Below, one piece after another: positions 37,622-45,983 of a DNA stretch of 64,000 nucleotides. Every line of letters starts with the position of its first letter. The first letter of the stretch is position 1. The DNA lies in IMG/VR virus record IMGVR_UViG_3300044796_000657, positions 1 to 64,000 of that record. One strand, written 5' to 3'. The notes under the pieces were generated by a model. That model was given only the letters and a program-made list of their open reading frames with translations. It was not told where the DNA came from and made no database searches. The position numbers and the translations under genes are program-made.

Positions 37622-37846
37622 TCACTTGCCAAAAACTTTCTTGTGCCGCTTGGCCTTGGCTTTGCGTGCCCGTTCCTTAGCGGTTCGCTTGCGTTTGCCT
37701 ACACCATTGGCATCGGTAGGCGTTCCCCGTTGCTTGCTGTCAAAACGGGGTGGTCGGCGGCGTTCTACTTCGGGGTGAGGCCAAACGGGCCAGCAAGCCC
37801 CGATAAGAGCGAACACGGGCAAAATGCGGGGATGTCGGGCAATCAC
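37622..37846 (-). CDS. Very basic cassette ORFan
   Basis: GAGGAG SD, GTGA overlap; TGA stop inside the site. Confidence 0.65.
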   Translation of the reverse strand: MIARHPRILPVFALIGACWPVWPHPEVERRRPPRFDSKQRGTPTDANGVGKRKRTAKERARKAKAKRHKKVFGK

Positions 37847-38217
37847 GGTAGCTCCTCTGGCTTCTTGTTACCGTAGTTGAACCAACCTTGAGCCAGAATG
37901 CGGTCGATCAACTTTTTGGCTTGGTAAATGCTGGTAATGTCGCAACCGGCGGCGCAACTCGTCACCAGTTTGCCCGTATCGCCGGACGTTCCGAACAGAT
38001 AGACGGCAGTTTCCCGCACTTTGATGCCACGCAAACCGCCCGTATAAAGTTGCGTGTTGCGGACGATCATACACCCCCGGTGCATGGTGTAAGTCTCACG
38101 CTTGCCGTGCGGCTTGCGGAAAAATACCGGTTCGGCCCGTTCAACGTCAACGATGCTATGATCTTCGTTGACGGTCAACAACCAATCGGCACCTAACATT
38201 TTGAGCGGGATCAGCAT
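37843..38217 (-). CDS. Cassette ORFan
   Basis: GAGGG SD; 124 aa. Confidence 0.8.
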   Translation of the reverse strand: MLIPLKMLGADWLLTVNEDHSIVDVERAEPVFFRKPHGKRETYTMHRGCMIVRNTQLYTGGLRGIKVRETAVYLFGTSGDTGKLVTSCAAGCDITSIYQAKKLIDRILAQGWFNYGNKKPEELP

Positions 38218-38260
38218 CGGTTTACCCTCTTAGTTAACCTTTGCGGTGTATGGTCACAAG

Positions 38261-38332
38261 CAAGCGTGAGACGGGTTAAGTGTCAACCGCTCCCCAACAA
38301 TCGGCCCTCCGATCATTGTTGTCTCACGCTTG
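38261..38332. ncRNA. Candidate structured RNA (three-way junction)
   Basis: CAAGCGTGAGAC/GTCTCACGCTTG closing stem; inner GGTT/AACC and AACAAT-CGG/CCG-ATTGTT stems. Confidence 0.35.
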
Positions 38333-38476
38333 GTACTACTACAAACCCGCCTAAGCGGGTTGTGTAGCCTCCTTATTGGATAGGATCAGTGAGGCCGATG
38401 AACAAGACGGCAAAGAGAACGAGAATTTCCATTGTAAGCCCCTCGGTGTTATACCGTGAGGCTTGTATGGTCACCA

Positions 38477-38839
38477 CTAGGCCGCTGCCTTTTCCTCCTT
38501 TTCCTTGATCGTCATGCCGTGGGCGTTGGCGAAAGCTTGGATCATGTCCCAATAGGCACCGCTGCGCCGACTGATTTGATCCTTCAAGGCGAATGCGGTG
38601 GCGGTCACCTTCTTGGTGTTGAGGCGGGGCATCTCTTCGAGGGTGATGTTCTGCGAAGGCGAGCCAATGGGCATGTATTGAAAATGTGTAGGAAAGTCCG
38701 GGGTCGGTTCGTGCTTGACGCCGGTAAGGCTCAAGATGACGGCTTTCGTGCTTTTCCAGTGCGAGATGTCAACCTTGATCGCATTGCTTTCCGCTTTGCT
38801 TTTGGCCGTGTGGATTGAGGCCAGTTTGATGAACAACAT
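38477..38839 (-). CDS. Cassette ORFan
   Basis: AAGGAG SD; TAG 2 nt before the site. Confidence 0.8.
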   Translation of the reverse strand: MLFIKLASIHTAKSKAESNAIKVDISHWKSTKAVILSLTGVKHEPTPDFPTHFQYMPIGSPSQNITLEEMPRLNTKKVTATAFALKDQISRRSGAYWDMIQAFANAHGMTIKEKEEKAAA

Positions 38840-38886
38840 GATTGCGTCTCCTTGGGATGAATGTTAACAACTATCGGGGTGTATGG

Positions 38887-39072
38887 TCACATTTTGAGAT
38901 AGCGGTAGATCGTCGTTTGACTTTTGCCCATGAGACCAGCAATCTCCTTAACGCTCAAACCTTTTTCTTTCAATGCCTTTGCGGCATGGGCGAGGTCGGC
39001 GGGCGTGCTTTTCTTGTAGGGCGTGCTTTCTGCCATTGCTTGACGCAAAGAATCTTCTTCGGCTTGTGTCAT
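38887..39072 (-). CDS. Small helix-turn-helix DNA-binding protein
   Basis: GLSVKEIAGLMGKSQTTIYRYL; TGA stop inside the site. Confidence 0.8.
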   Translation of the reverse strand: MTQAEEDSLRQAMAESTPYKKSTPADLAHAAKALKEKGLSVKEIAGLMGKSQTTIYRYLKM

Positions 39073-39123
39073 AACAATTCTCCTGTACTGCTAAAACCCC
39101 GCCTTAGCGGGGTTTAGTGGTGT

Positions 39124-39393
39124 TTATTCGCACCATGACGGCAGAAACGTTTCGATGCCCTTGGCGTTCTGCTCGGCTACCAATTCCCGCATTTCGCCGC
39201 AGGTCAAGTAGATCGTCTCCTTGACCTTCACGATATTGAATTGAGACACGCCACGACCGCCCGGAAGGTAATCGTATTCGTGAACTCGGCGAACGATGCG
39301 GTACACGCCATCGTGGAAGTTGATAAGGCTGTTAACCTTTGTGGAACTTCCCAACATTGCGGTTCCCGGCTCTTGTGCGATTGAAACGGCCAT
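39124..39393 (-). CDS. Cassette ORFan
   Basis: AGGGAG SD + ATG 39393. Confidence 0.75.
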   Translation of the reverse strand: MAVSIAQEPGTAMLGSSTKVNSLINFHDGVYRIVRRVHEYDYLPGGRGVSQFNIVKVKETIYLTCGEMRELVAEQNAKGIETFLPSWCE

Positions 39394-39416
39394 GACTTGA
39401 ACTCCCTTGGTGCCAA

Positions 39417-39803
39417 TCAACCTGTATGGTCACCAGTGTTGAACGCCATACCGACACAAACGGCCTCATAGATCAACGCTTGCATGCCGCAGGCGCTCAT
39501 TTCGCTGAAGTCCAAACTATCACGGCCACGCATCTCCAAGGGGTGGCCCCAATGCTTTTTGGCCAACTCTACAACCTTCTCCTGAATGAGACAATGCTTG
39601 ACGAACTGCCAGAGAACATTGGCAAAAACGATATGATCCCCGTTGCGCTCACGTTCGTGTAGCCATTTCTCAAACGCATTCAAGAGCTTTTCATGATTGC
39701 CGTAAAACCGATGGAGAGGCTTCCAGCAATCATAGTGCAACGTTTTGAAGATATTGAAGGCTTCGCTTGCCGTGCCTGTTCCAACAATAGCGGGGCTTTT
39801 CAT
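39417..39803 (-). CDS. Cassette ORFan
   Basis: Reads through the site (GDHTG*). Confidence 0.75.
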   Translation of the reverse strand: MKSPAIVGTGTASEAFNIFKTLHYDCWKPLHRFYGNHEKLLNAFEKWLHERERNGDHIVFANVLWQFVKHCLIQEKVVELAKKHWGHPLEMRGRDSLDFSEMSACGMQALIYEAVCVGMAFNTGDHTG

Positions 39804-39959
39804 GTTAACTCTCACAAGAACGTCAAGGATGGGATAGCCGGTCGCCTCGGATTTCCCCGGTTGGTCTCACCGTTATATCGGGGTCTCTGTCATAGCTCGC
39901 ACTATCCGGCCTTGACAACTATCAGGCTGTATGGTCACCGGCACACTACCTGCACACAT

Positions 39960-39989
39960 AAAAAAAGCCCCGCACACTGGCGGGGCTTT
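39960..39989 (-). terminator. Intrinsic terminator
   Basis: AAAGCCCCGC-ACACTG-GCGGGGCTTT with an A-run on + (U-tail on -). Confidence 0.8.
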
Positions 39990-39992
39990 CGT

Positions 39993-40205
39993 CTACTTAC
40001 GTTGTCGTAGTCTATTTATCAAAATGTCGTACGAGGGTCGTCCCTGCGACCCACAACACAAGTGAGATGTTTTGATGATACGAACGCAGGACTTGCCAAA
40101 GCCGATGATACACGAAACGAATGCGGCAATAATCAACCAATTCGTATAGAACGGGTCAGGACTCAACAGAGTTTGCGGCCACTCTGTGACAACATACTTT
40201 TTCAC
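39993..40205 (-). CDS. Cassette ORFan, membrane protein
   Basis: GAGGAG SD + GTG; one TM. Confidence 0.65.
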   Translation of the reverse strand: MKKYVVTEWPQTLLSPDPFYTNWLIIAAFVSCIIGFGKSCVRIIKTSHLCCGSQGRPSYDILINRLRQRK

Positions 40206-40268
40206 CGTTAATCTCCTCTTGGTATCCATCACCCTGTATGGTCACGTTAATAGTTAACATCGCCCCAC

Positions 40269-40354
40269 GTGACCATACATGCTTTGAAAGAAACGGGATG
40301 AAGTTGGTGATTGTTCTGGGAATTATGTTGACTATTCATAGGATGTATGGTCAC
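40269..40354. repeat. Inverted-pair element copy 3 (86 bp)
   Basis: GTGACCATACA-N5-TGAAAGAAACGG ... GACTATTCA-TAGGA-TGTATGGTCAC. Confidence 0.85.
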
Positions 40355-40435
40355 GGGGTGGGTTGTTAACGACATAAAGGCCGGGAATGCCGAAAGGCAT
40401 TCCCGGCCCTCTTTTGTACCTATCAGGCTGTATGG

Positions 40436-40825
40436 TCACCCGGCGTTGCGGAGGATGTCTTGCATCGTCCAAGGTTCATCGTCGGCGGCGGGCTTGTCGG
40501 GCCGGTTGTCGTATTGCTCTGCGATGTCAGCGCAATTGGCATCGTGGGCGAAGTCGGACGGGGCGAGGTGGCCTAGATAGTCCTCGTTCGTGGTATGGAG
40601 TTTGTTGCGGTGTTCCCATCGCAGCATTGCCGTGCGGTAGTCGGTTTCCGTCTTGCCGAAGTAGTCCCCGCTGGAGAAAGAGATTGCGAACTTGGTAGCG
40701 CCCGCTTGGTAAGTTTGGTTGTGAACCACAAACTCACCTTTGAAGTTTTTGTAAAGGACGATGCGGATCGCCATATCGTTTCCGTTCATCATCCAAGGGC
40801 CAGCCGCAAGATAGAGCCGTTTCAT
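40436..40825 (-). CDS. Cassette ORFan
   Basis: GGAG SD; TGA stop inside the site. Confidence 0.8.
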   Translation of the reverse strand: MKRLYLAAGPWMMNGNDMAIRIVLYKNFKGEFVVHNQTYQAGATKFAISFSSGDYFGKTETDYRTAMLRWEHRNKLHTTNEDYLGHLAPSDFAHDANCADIAEQYDNRPDKPAADDEPWTMQDILRNAG

Positions 40826-40920
40826 TGTCAGGTCTCCGGGGTGAAGTTCTTTACAACTATCGGGGTGTATGGTCACGCTTATGTTAAATGAAAAAACCCG
40901 GCCAGAGGCCGGGCAAACGA

Positions 40921-41262
40921 TCAAGAACCGTTCTTTGCTTCCAATGCTCGGAAGATTAGCAGAGCATCCGAAACGGGCGGGCGTTCGTAGCCACTACACA
41001 ACTCCAGAACTTCTTCCACGCTTGGCGCTTCGTCGTCGTCCATCACTTCGCTTTCATCCCAGAGCATTTCTTGAAGTTCGTGGATTTCAGCCGGGGCCAT
41101 CGTGTTTCCGGCCCGTTCACGCACCAGATCGCCCGGATTGATGAGGATGGAATTTCCGAGTTCTCCACCGTTCCACAATGCGGCGTTGATTTCATCCAAG
41201 TTGCTTGTGGCATACGATAAGATCGCAGCCAGAACAAAACGCTTGCGTTCACTCAGTTTCAT
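40921..41262 (-). CDS. Cassette ORFan
   Basis: GGGGG SD; 113 aa. Confidence 0.8.
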   Translation of the reverse strand: MKLSERKRFVLAAILSYATSNLDEINAALWNGGELGNSILINPGDLVRERAGNTMAPAEIHELQEMLWDESEVMDDDEAPSVEEVLELCSGYERPPVSDALLIFRALEAKNGS

Positions 41263-41281
41263 CGCTTGTTTCCCCCTGTTG

Positions 41282-41479
41282 TTAACCTTCGGGCTGTATG
41301 GTCACCGCTTGGCGTTTCTTCTCAAACTCTCTATCATCATCTTCAACGATGAGACGGTTGATTGTCTTATTGACGTTGCAACCACGCACGCCCATCAAAC
41401 AGACTGACCAATTTCCGCCGTGAACACTCTCACGGATGGAATAGGTTCCGTCGTTCTCTTTAACCCCTTTGTAAAGCAT
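41282..41479 (-). CDS. Cassette ORFan
   Basis: Reads through the site and stops at the TAA of GTTAAC. Confidence 0.7.
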   Translation of the reverse strand: MLYKGVKENDGTYSIRESVHGGNWSVCLMGVRGCNVNKTINRLIVEDDDREFEKKRQAVTIQPEG

Positions 41480-41537
41480 TGAAGCCCCCTTTCTAAACAT
41501 AGGGGTGTATGGTCACGATCATTGCGGTTAACGACAA

Positions 41538-41564
41538 AAGCCCCCGGCAGATCGCCGGGGGCTT
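41538..41564 (-). terminator. Intrinsic terminator after the ParB-like gene
   Basis: AAGCCCCCGGC-AGATC-GCCGGGGGCTT. Confidence 0.8.
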
Positions 41565-41584
41565 AGTCTAGTTGCTTCTGTCAA

Positions 41585-42928
41585 TTACTCGGCGGCGGTC
41601 GTTTCGTCGGTCGTTTCGGTGGTCGTCTTGCTGCCCTTGGAGGCGGCTTTCTTCACTTCGGCGGCGGCGACGGCGGCGGCTTCCTTGGCCTTGTTCGCAA
41701 TCACTTGGTCGAGAGTGATGTATTTTTCACCGCAGCACTTTGCGATGAACTTGCGAACGTTTTCATCACGGGTCAAGTCCCAGATTGCGGGCTTGCCGAA
41801 ACGTTCCTTGACTTCCGGGGAGAGGTCGCTCTTGTCCGTGGCGTAGAACAACTCACGGCTTTGGGCCACGCTCGGCATCTTAACCCGTTCGCCTTGCCCC
41901 GGCGTTCCCTTCGGTGCGGCCACTTCGGCACCCGGCTTGCCGGTCGCACGGGCGGCAGCTTGTTGCTTCGCCAGTTCCTTGACGTGCCGTTCCGCAGCGA
42001 CGACGCCCAAAGTTCCGAGGTGAACCCGTTCTTGCTGATCGGCGGGCAATCGCAAGAGCGTCAGACGGTGCATCACCATCTGTTGCTTGTTCTTCGCCGT
42101 GGCTTCGGCCTTGCCGTAGTATTGTTCGGCGATTTCTTGAGCCGTCATGCCGAATTCGGTTTTAAGGCGGCGGAAGAAGATCGCTTCGTCAATCGGGCTT
42201 TGATCCTTGCGGGAACGGTTTTCGGCGAGAGCGGCCATCAACTCGGTTTTGACATCCTTCCCTTCAACCAGCTCGGCGTCCAAGAGCGGCAAACCGCCCG
42301 TTAAGTCCAACCCGCCGTAGAGGTTCTCCTCCCCTTCTTCCAACGGACGGTAAGCCCAGACTTCTTGAGCCTTGTCGCCCTTGCCTTCCATCTTGATCGC
42401 CTTGGCGTCCCCTTCGCCTTCGTAGACGGCGGCGAGGATCGTGCAGCTCATGGCGTATTGCATCGCCCGGCTGATTGAGCGGCGTGCCCCGAAGATCACG
42501 TTGAACTTGTCGGCAATCGGATCGCCCGCTGCGTCGTAGCAGGGACGTACCCGGATGTTCATCAACTGGCCTTGTTGTTCCAGCGAAGAGATCATTTCCC
42601 ATTGCGAATGGGGATTAGCCGGGGTTTCGGGGTCGTATTCCCGCAGGATGTTAAGCATCGCTGCTTGGCGGGCCGGATCGTCGCAGATGAGTTCACCGAC
42701 AACGCTGGTTTCGTCGGTGTATTCGCTGCCCTTCGGTTGCTTGACGGGCTTATCGCCGGGGAAGGCTTTGAGGCCCAACGGGATGAGAGCGGCGAGAACG
42801 CCCTTCCCACGGCTGTTTTCGGCGTTGCTGTGGATCGCCCGAACGTCGATGTTCCAGTTTTGACGCTTGCTCTTCGTCTTGGCATTGAACGGGGTCGGTT
42901 CGGCGCTGGTCGTGGCTCCGGTCGTCAT
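41585..42928 (-). CDS. ParB/Spo0J/KorB-like protein (447 aa)
   Basis: CAGGAG SD; SSLEQQGQLMNIRV, FGARR (arginine patch), ENRSRKDQSPIDEA, GMTAQEIA..G...V..RL.LLRLP..Q (HTH region). Confidence 0.85.
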   Translation of the reverse strand: MTTGATTSAEPTPFNAKTKSKRQNWNIDVRAIHSNAENSRGKGVLAALIPLGLKAFPGDKPVKQPKGSEYTDETSVVGELICDDPARQAAMLNILREYDPETPANPHSQWEMISSLEQQGQLMNIRVRPCYDAAGDPIADKFNVIFGARRSISRAMQYAMSCTILAAVYEGEGDAKAIKMEGKGDKAQEVWAYRPLEEGEENLYGGLDLTGGLPLLDAELVEGKDVKTELMAALAENRSRKDQSPIDEAIFFRRLKTEFGMTAQEIAEQYYGKAEATAKNKQQMVMHRLTLLRLPADQQERVHLGTLGVVAAERHVKELAKQQAAARATGKPGAEVAAPKGTPGQGERVKMPSVAQSRELFYATDKSDLSPEVKERFGKPAIWDLTRDENVRKFIAKCCGEKYITLDQVIANKAKEAAAVAAAEVKKAASKGSKTTTETTDETTAAE

Positions 42929-43281
42929 ACAAAACTCCTGAAAGAAAAAAGGGTGAAAAACGTTCCCGACATAAAGGATGATAGCATCCAATACCGTCAG
43001 GTCAAGACTCAAACTAACAATTTTCGGGAAATTCCGATTTTATTGTGTCGCATGAGTCCGGGGATTTGATTTCCCCTTACAACCAACCCGCTGTATGGTC
43101 ACCATCATCGGGTCAGTCATTGTTTCAACACTAGCCACCCTGTATGGTCACTTCTCTCTTAAGATTGCGGCCAAACATTAACTTCCTTCAATGTACACTT
43201 TGAAACGCATTAACAGTGTATGGTCACGGCTAAAACTAGGCCAAATAAAAAACCCCGCCAAATAGCGGGGTGTACACTTCA

Positions 43282-43497
43282 CTATTTCCCGAACCCTTCC
43301 ATCCATTGTATTAGATGAGGGTTTTTCAATTCGGACCTATCTTCATCCGTGTCGGCTTTTCCGTCTCTCACCTTCAACTCTTCAATCACTGCCAAAACGG
43401 CAGAAACAAACGCTGGCCCCGTCGCCTGCGAAAGTTCGCCCAGATCAAAAGAGACATCGGCAACATTGCCCCTATCACTCGTTATCGTCAATGTCAT
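43282..43497 (-). CDS. Cassette ORFan
   Basis: 71 aa; terminator hairpin at about 43248-43270. Confidence 0.7.
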   Translation of the reverse strand: MTLTITSDRGNVADVSFDLGELSQATGPAFVSAVLAVIEELKVRDGKADTDEDRSELKNPHLIQWMEGFGK

Positions 43498-43704
43498 AAG
43501 GCACCCTAGTTAAAGAAACAAAGCCCACCAGTGAGGCGGGCTGTATGGTCACTTCTTCTTCGACTTCTTCGGCGGCGGAGACACTCGCTCATCTTCAGAA
43601 CACGCATTGAGGAAATAGCCGGTAAACTTCGTTTCGTTGTGCCAGAATTCGCCGTCACTCGGTTGCTGCGCTGAACAGTTCGCAAAGCTCAATTCACAGT
43701 ATGG

Positions 43705-44139
43705 TCACTCCGGTATCTGTTCCTCAATCACCCATCCATTGATGTCGCCCACAACCTCAACTTGCCAGCGGTTCGGCTTGCCCTCCTTCTTATTAACTTC
43801 CGTTACCTCACGAATCTCACAACCCCGACCCTCAATGTAGGCTACTGCCGATGCCTTCGACCCGCACACTTTCACCGTTCCACTTGGGAAATGAAGAGCC
43901 ACGAACACCGGTACCTTAACACGCTCGCTCCACTCAATCCCATCACCAAACGCCTGCAGCCAATCCCACAAGGCGGCGGGCTTCAAAAGAGGGCTGATCG
44001 TCCGATGCCCCATTGCCGCACTGACCAACGAACGGCGGCGATTATTGCTATCCAACTCAAACATGAGCTGGTTGCCAGTATTGCGGTTCAAACGATCCAC
44101 AACACGCTGTAGATCATCACGACTGAAACGACGGGCCAT
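43705..44139 (-). CDS. Cassette ORFan
   Basis: CAGGAG SD; TGA stop inside a 1-mismatch site. Confidence 0.8.
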   Translation of the reverse strand: MARRFSRDDLQRVVDRLNRNTGNQLMFELDSNNRRRSLVSAAMGHRTISPLLKPAALWDWLQAFGDGIEWSERVKVPVFVALHFPSGTVKVCGSKASAVAYIEGRGCEIREVTEVNKKEGKPNRWQVEVVGDINGWVIEEQIPE

Positions 44140-44257
44140 GACTTGTCTCCTGTTTCGGGCACACTAACTGCACACACCCCTGTATGGTCACCCTAGTACC
44201 ATTAACACCCAATACTGAACAAACGTTCAGTATTGGGCACATTACCTGCACACTTGT

Positions 44258-44548
44258 TTACATTCGGAAGTTGGCAGGCTGAATGGTATAAATCCATTCA
44301 CCATCCATCAAAACTCGCCATTCCCTTTCTTCGGGGAACGGTATTACAACGATGTCTCTCTCGTTGCCCGGTTCATCCATCACACCAAGCCAGTTCCGAA
44401 TGTAAAGCTCCGCTCGCTCCACATTCGGATAAACCCCACCGTTGCCCCCATCATCATCACGCTTAATAACCACAACCATTTCAATGGCATTGGCTTCCGG
44501 CGTCATCGGATGAGAAGTCGGCACATTCAACGTGATTTGAGCGTTCAT
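44258..44548 (-). CDS. Cassette ORFan
   Basis: AAGGAG SD + ATG 44548. Confidence 0.75.
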   Translation of the reverse strand: MNAQITLNVPTSHPMTPEANAIEMVVVIKRDDDGGNGGVYPNVERAELYIRNWLGVMDEPGNERDIVVIPFPEEREWRVLMDGEWIYTIQPANFRM

Positions 44549-44582
44549 CAGTGATCTCCTTAGTACCACAACGCCTGTATGG

Positions 44583-44936
44583 TCACAGTTGGGCCAAAAC
44601 CAAAGCATCTGACCACATGTTGGGCTTCTTTGTCTCAATCTCTTCCATCCAACCCAAAACAACTATCAAATCAGCCGAACGTGTTAACAAACGCCAACGC
44701 CAAGGAATCGGCCCAGATTCATCAACCTCATCACCCGGCATCGCAACCGCATACTTGCCAGATTCCGTCTGCACAATCACGGGACGTAAACTGCTATGGT
44801 TGAGAAGGGTTTTCAAATCTTTCAATGACTCCAATCCCATGCTCGCTAAATCCTTGTCGTCGGCTTTCATTCGCATCCGACAACCATTAAGACAATCATG
44901 AATACGAGCTAAACATTTTTTGATAGCAGGACTCAT
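44583..44936 (-). CDS. Cassette ORFan
   Basis: TGA stop inside the site. Confidence 0.75.
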   Translation of the reverse strand: MSPAIKKCLARIHDCLNGCRMRMKADDKDLASMGLESLKDLKTLLNHSSLRPVIVQTESGKYAVAMPGDEVDESGPIPWRWRLLTRSADLIVVLGWMEEIETKKPNMWSDALVLAQL

Positions 44937-45108
44937 GTTAAACATCCCCCGGCACACTTGCTGCACACTTAGTACGCCCCTAAGCCCGCTTCCCATAGAG
45001 TTTCCTCATAGGGGCGGGCTATCGGGCTAACAACGACAAACAATCCTCTAGGCTGCGCAACCAAAAGGCATTTTTGCCAACCACAAGGGAATTTTATTAT
45101 GTGGCCTT

Positions 45109-45369
45109 TCACCCCGTCGCTTGCTCCCCATGACGCAATGATTGCTCATCACGCCCCGTAATCCTCATCATGCTCTGAATGACATTATCAGGAACTTCCG
45201 ATCCCGATACCTCAATGAACGCCGCCTCTTTCTTCGGCTGGTAAAACCAACGAACACCATCAAACGCAAACTCCCGCATCTGATTCAAGAAATTGTAGCC
45301 CGTAATGACTTCACCAGTCACACTGCCTACATCATCCTTGAACTTAACCAAAAAGCGAGTCTTTGCCAT
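45109..45369 (-). CDS. Hypothetical protein
   Basis: AAGGGG SD. Confidence 0.75.
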   Translation of the reverse strand: MAKTRFLVKFKDDVGSVTGEVITGYNFLNQMREFAFDGVRWFYQPKKEAAFIEVSGSEVPDNVIQSMMRITGRDEQSLRHGEQATG

Positions 45370-45542
45370 GATCGTGTCCCCTTAAGAACAATACTTCAAA
45401 AGATGCCGCCACTTGTAAGGCAAGAAAGCCTTCGGCAAATAAGGCTCCCTCATCTTGAAACTCGCCAAACCACGACGAATTCCCGGCTCTACTCTGTATG
45501 TCAAGTGATGTCCCCCTGATAACCACAAGGCTGTATGGTCAC

Positions 45543-45782
45543 TCAGCCCCAAGCATACATCAAACATTCTGACCAATACGTTTGAACAATCCCCTTGATC
45601 TTAGACGCCTTCACCTTCCGCAATTCTTCCACCGACACTTCCAAAATGCCACGGGACGTATCACGCCGCAAACTCACATACTCCTGCGGGCGATAACCCA
45701 AAAGGCTATAAACCTTATCACGCCCTCGATGAGAACCACACTTAACCAGATATTTGCCATCCTTCTCATAAATGCGGGCCAT
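45543..45782 (-). CDS. Cassette ORFan
   Basis: TGA directly abuts the site. Confidence 0.75.
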   Translation of the reverse strand: MARIYEKDGKYLVKCGSHRGRDKVYSLLGYRPQEYVSLRRDTSRGILEVSVEELRKVKASKIKGIVQTYWSECLMYAWG

Positions 45783-45897
45783 GACATTAACCTTGTGTAT
45801 TAGGCGAGAGAAACTACCACTACCGCCACGATTAGATAGCTACTTCGGCTATTAGTCCCTCTCGCCACCAATAACCCTGTATGGTCACCACGCCCCT

Positions 45898-45983
45898 GTG
45901 ACCATACACGCCATGAAAGAAACGGACTAAATGAACTACCACTCCCCACCAATTTGACGACTATTCATAGGATGTATGGTCAC
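45898..45983. repeat. Inverted-pair element copy 4 (86 bp)
   Basis: GTGACCATACA-N5-TGAAAGAAACGG ... GACTATTCA-TAGGA-TGTATGGTCAC. Confidence 0.85.

Noticed and set aside
41585-43227. Complete parABS locus
   Set aside because: No ParA Walker-type ATPase and no canonical 16-bp parS palindrome were seen in the window.
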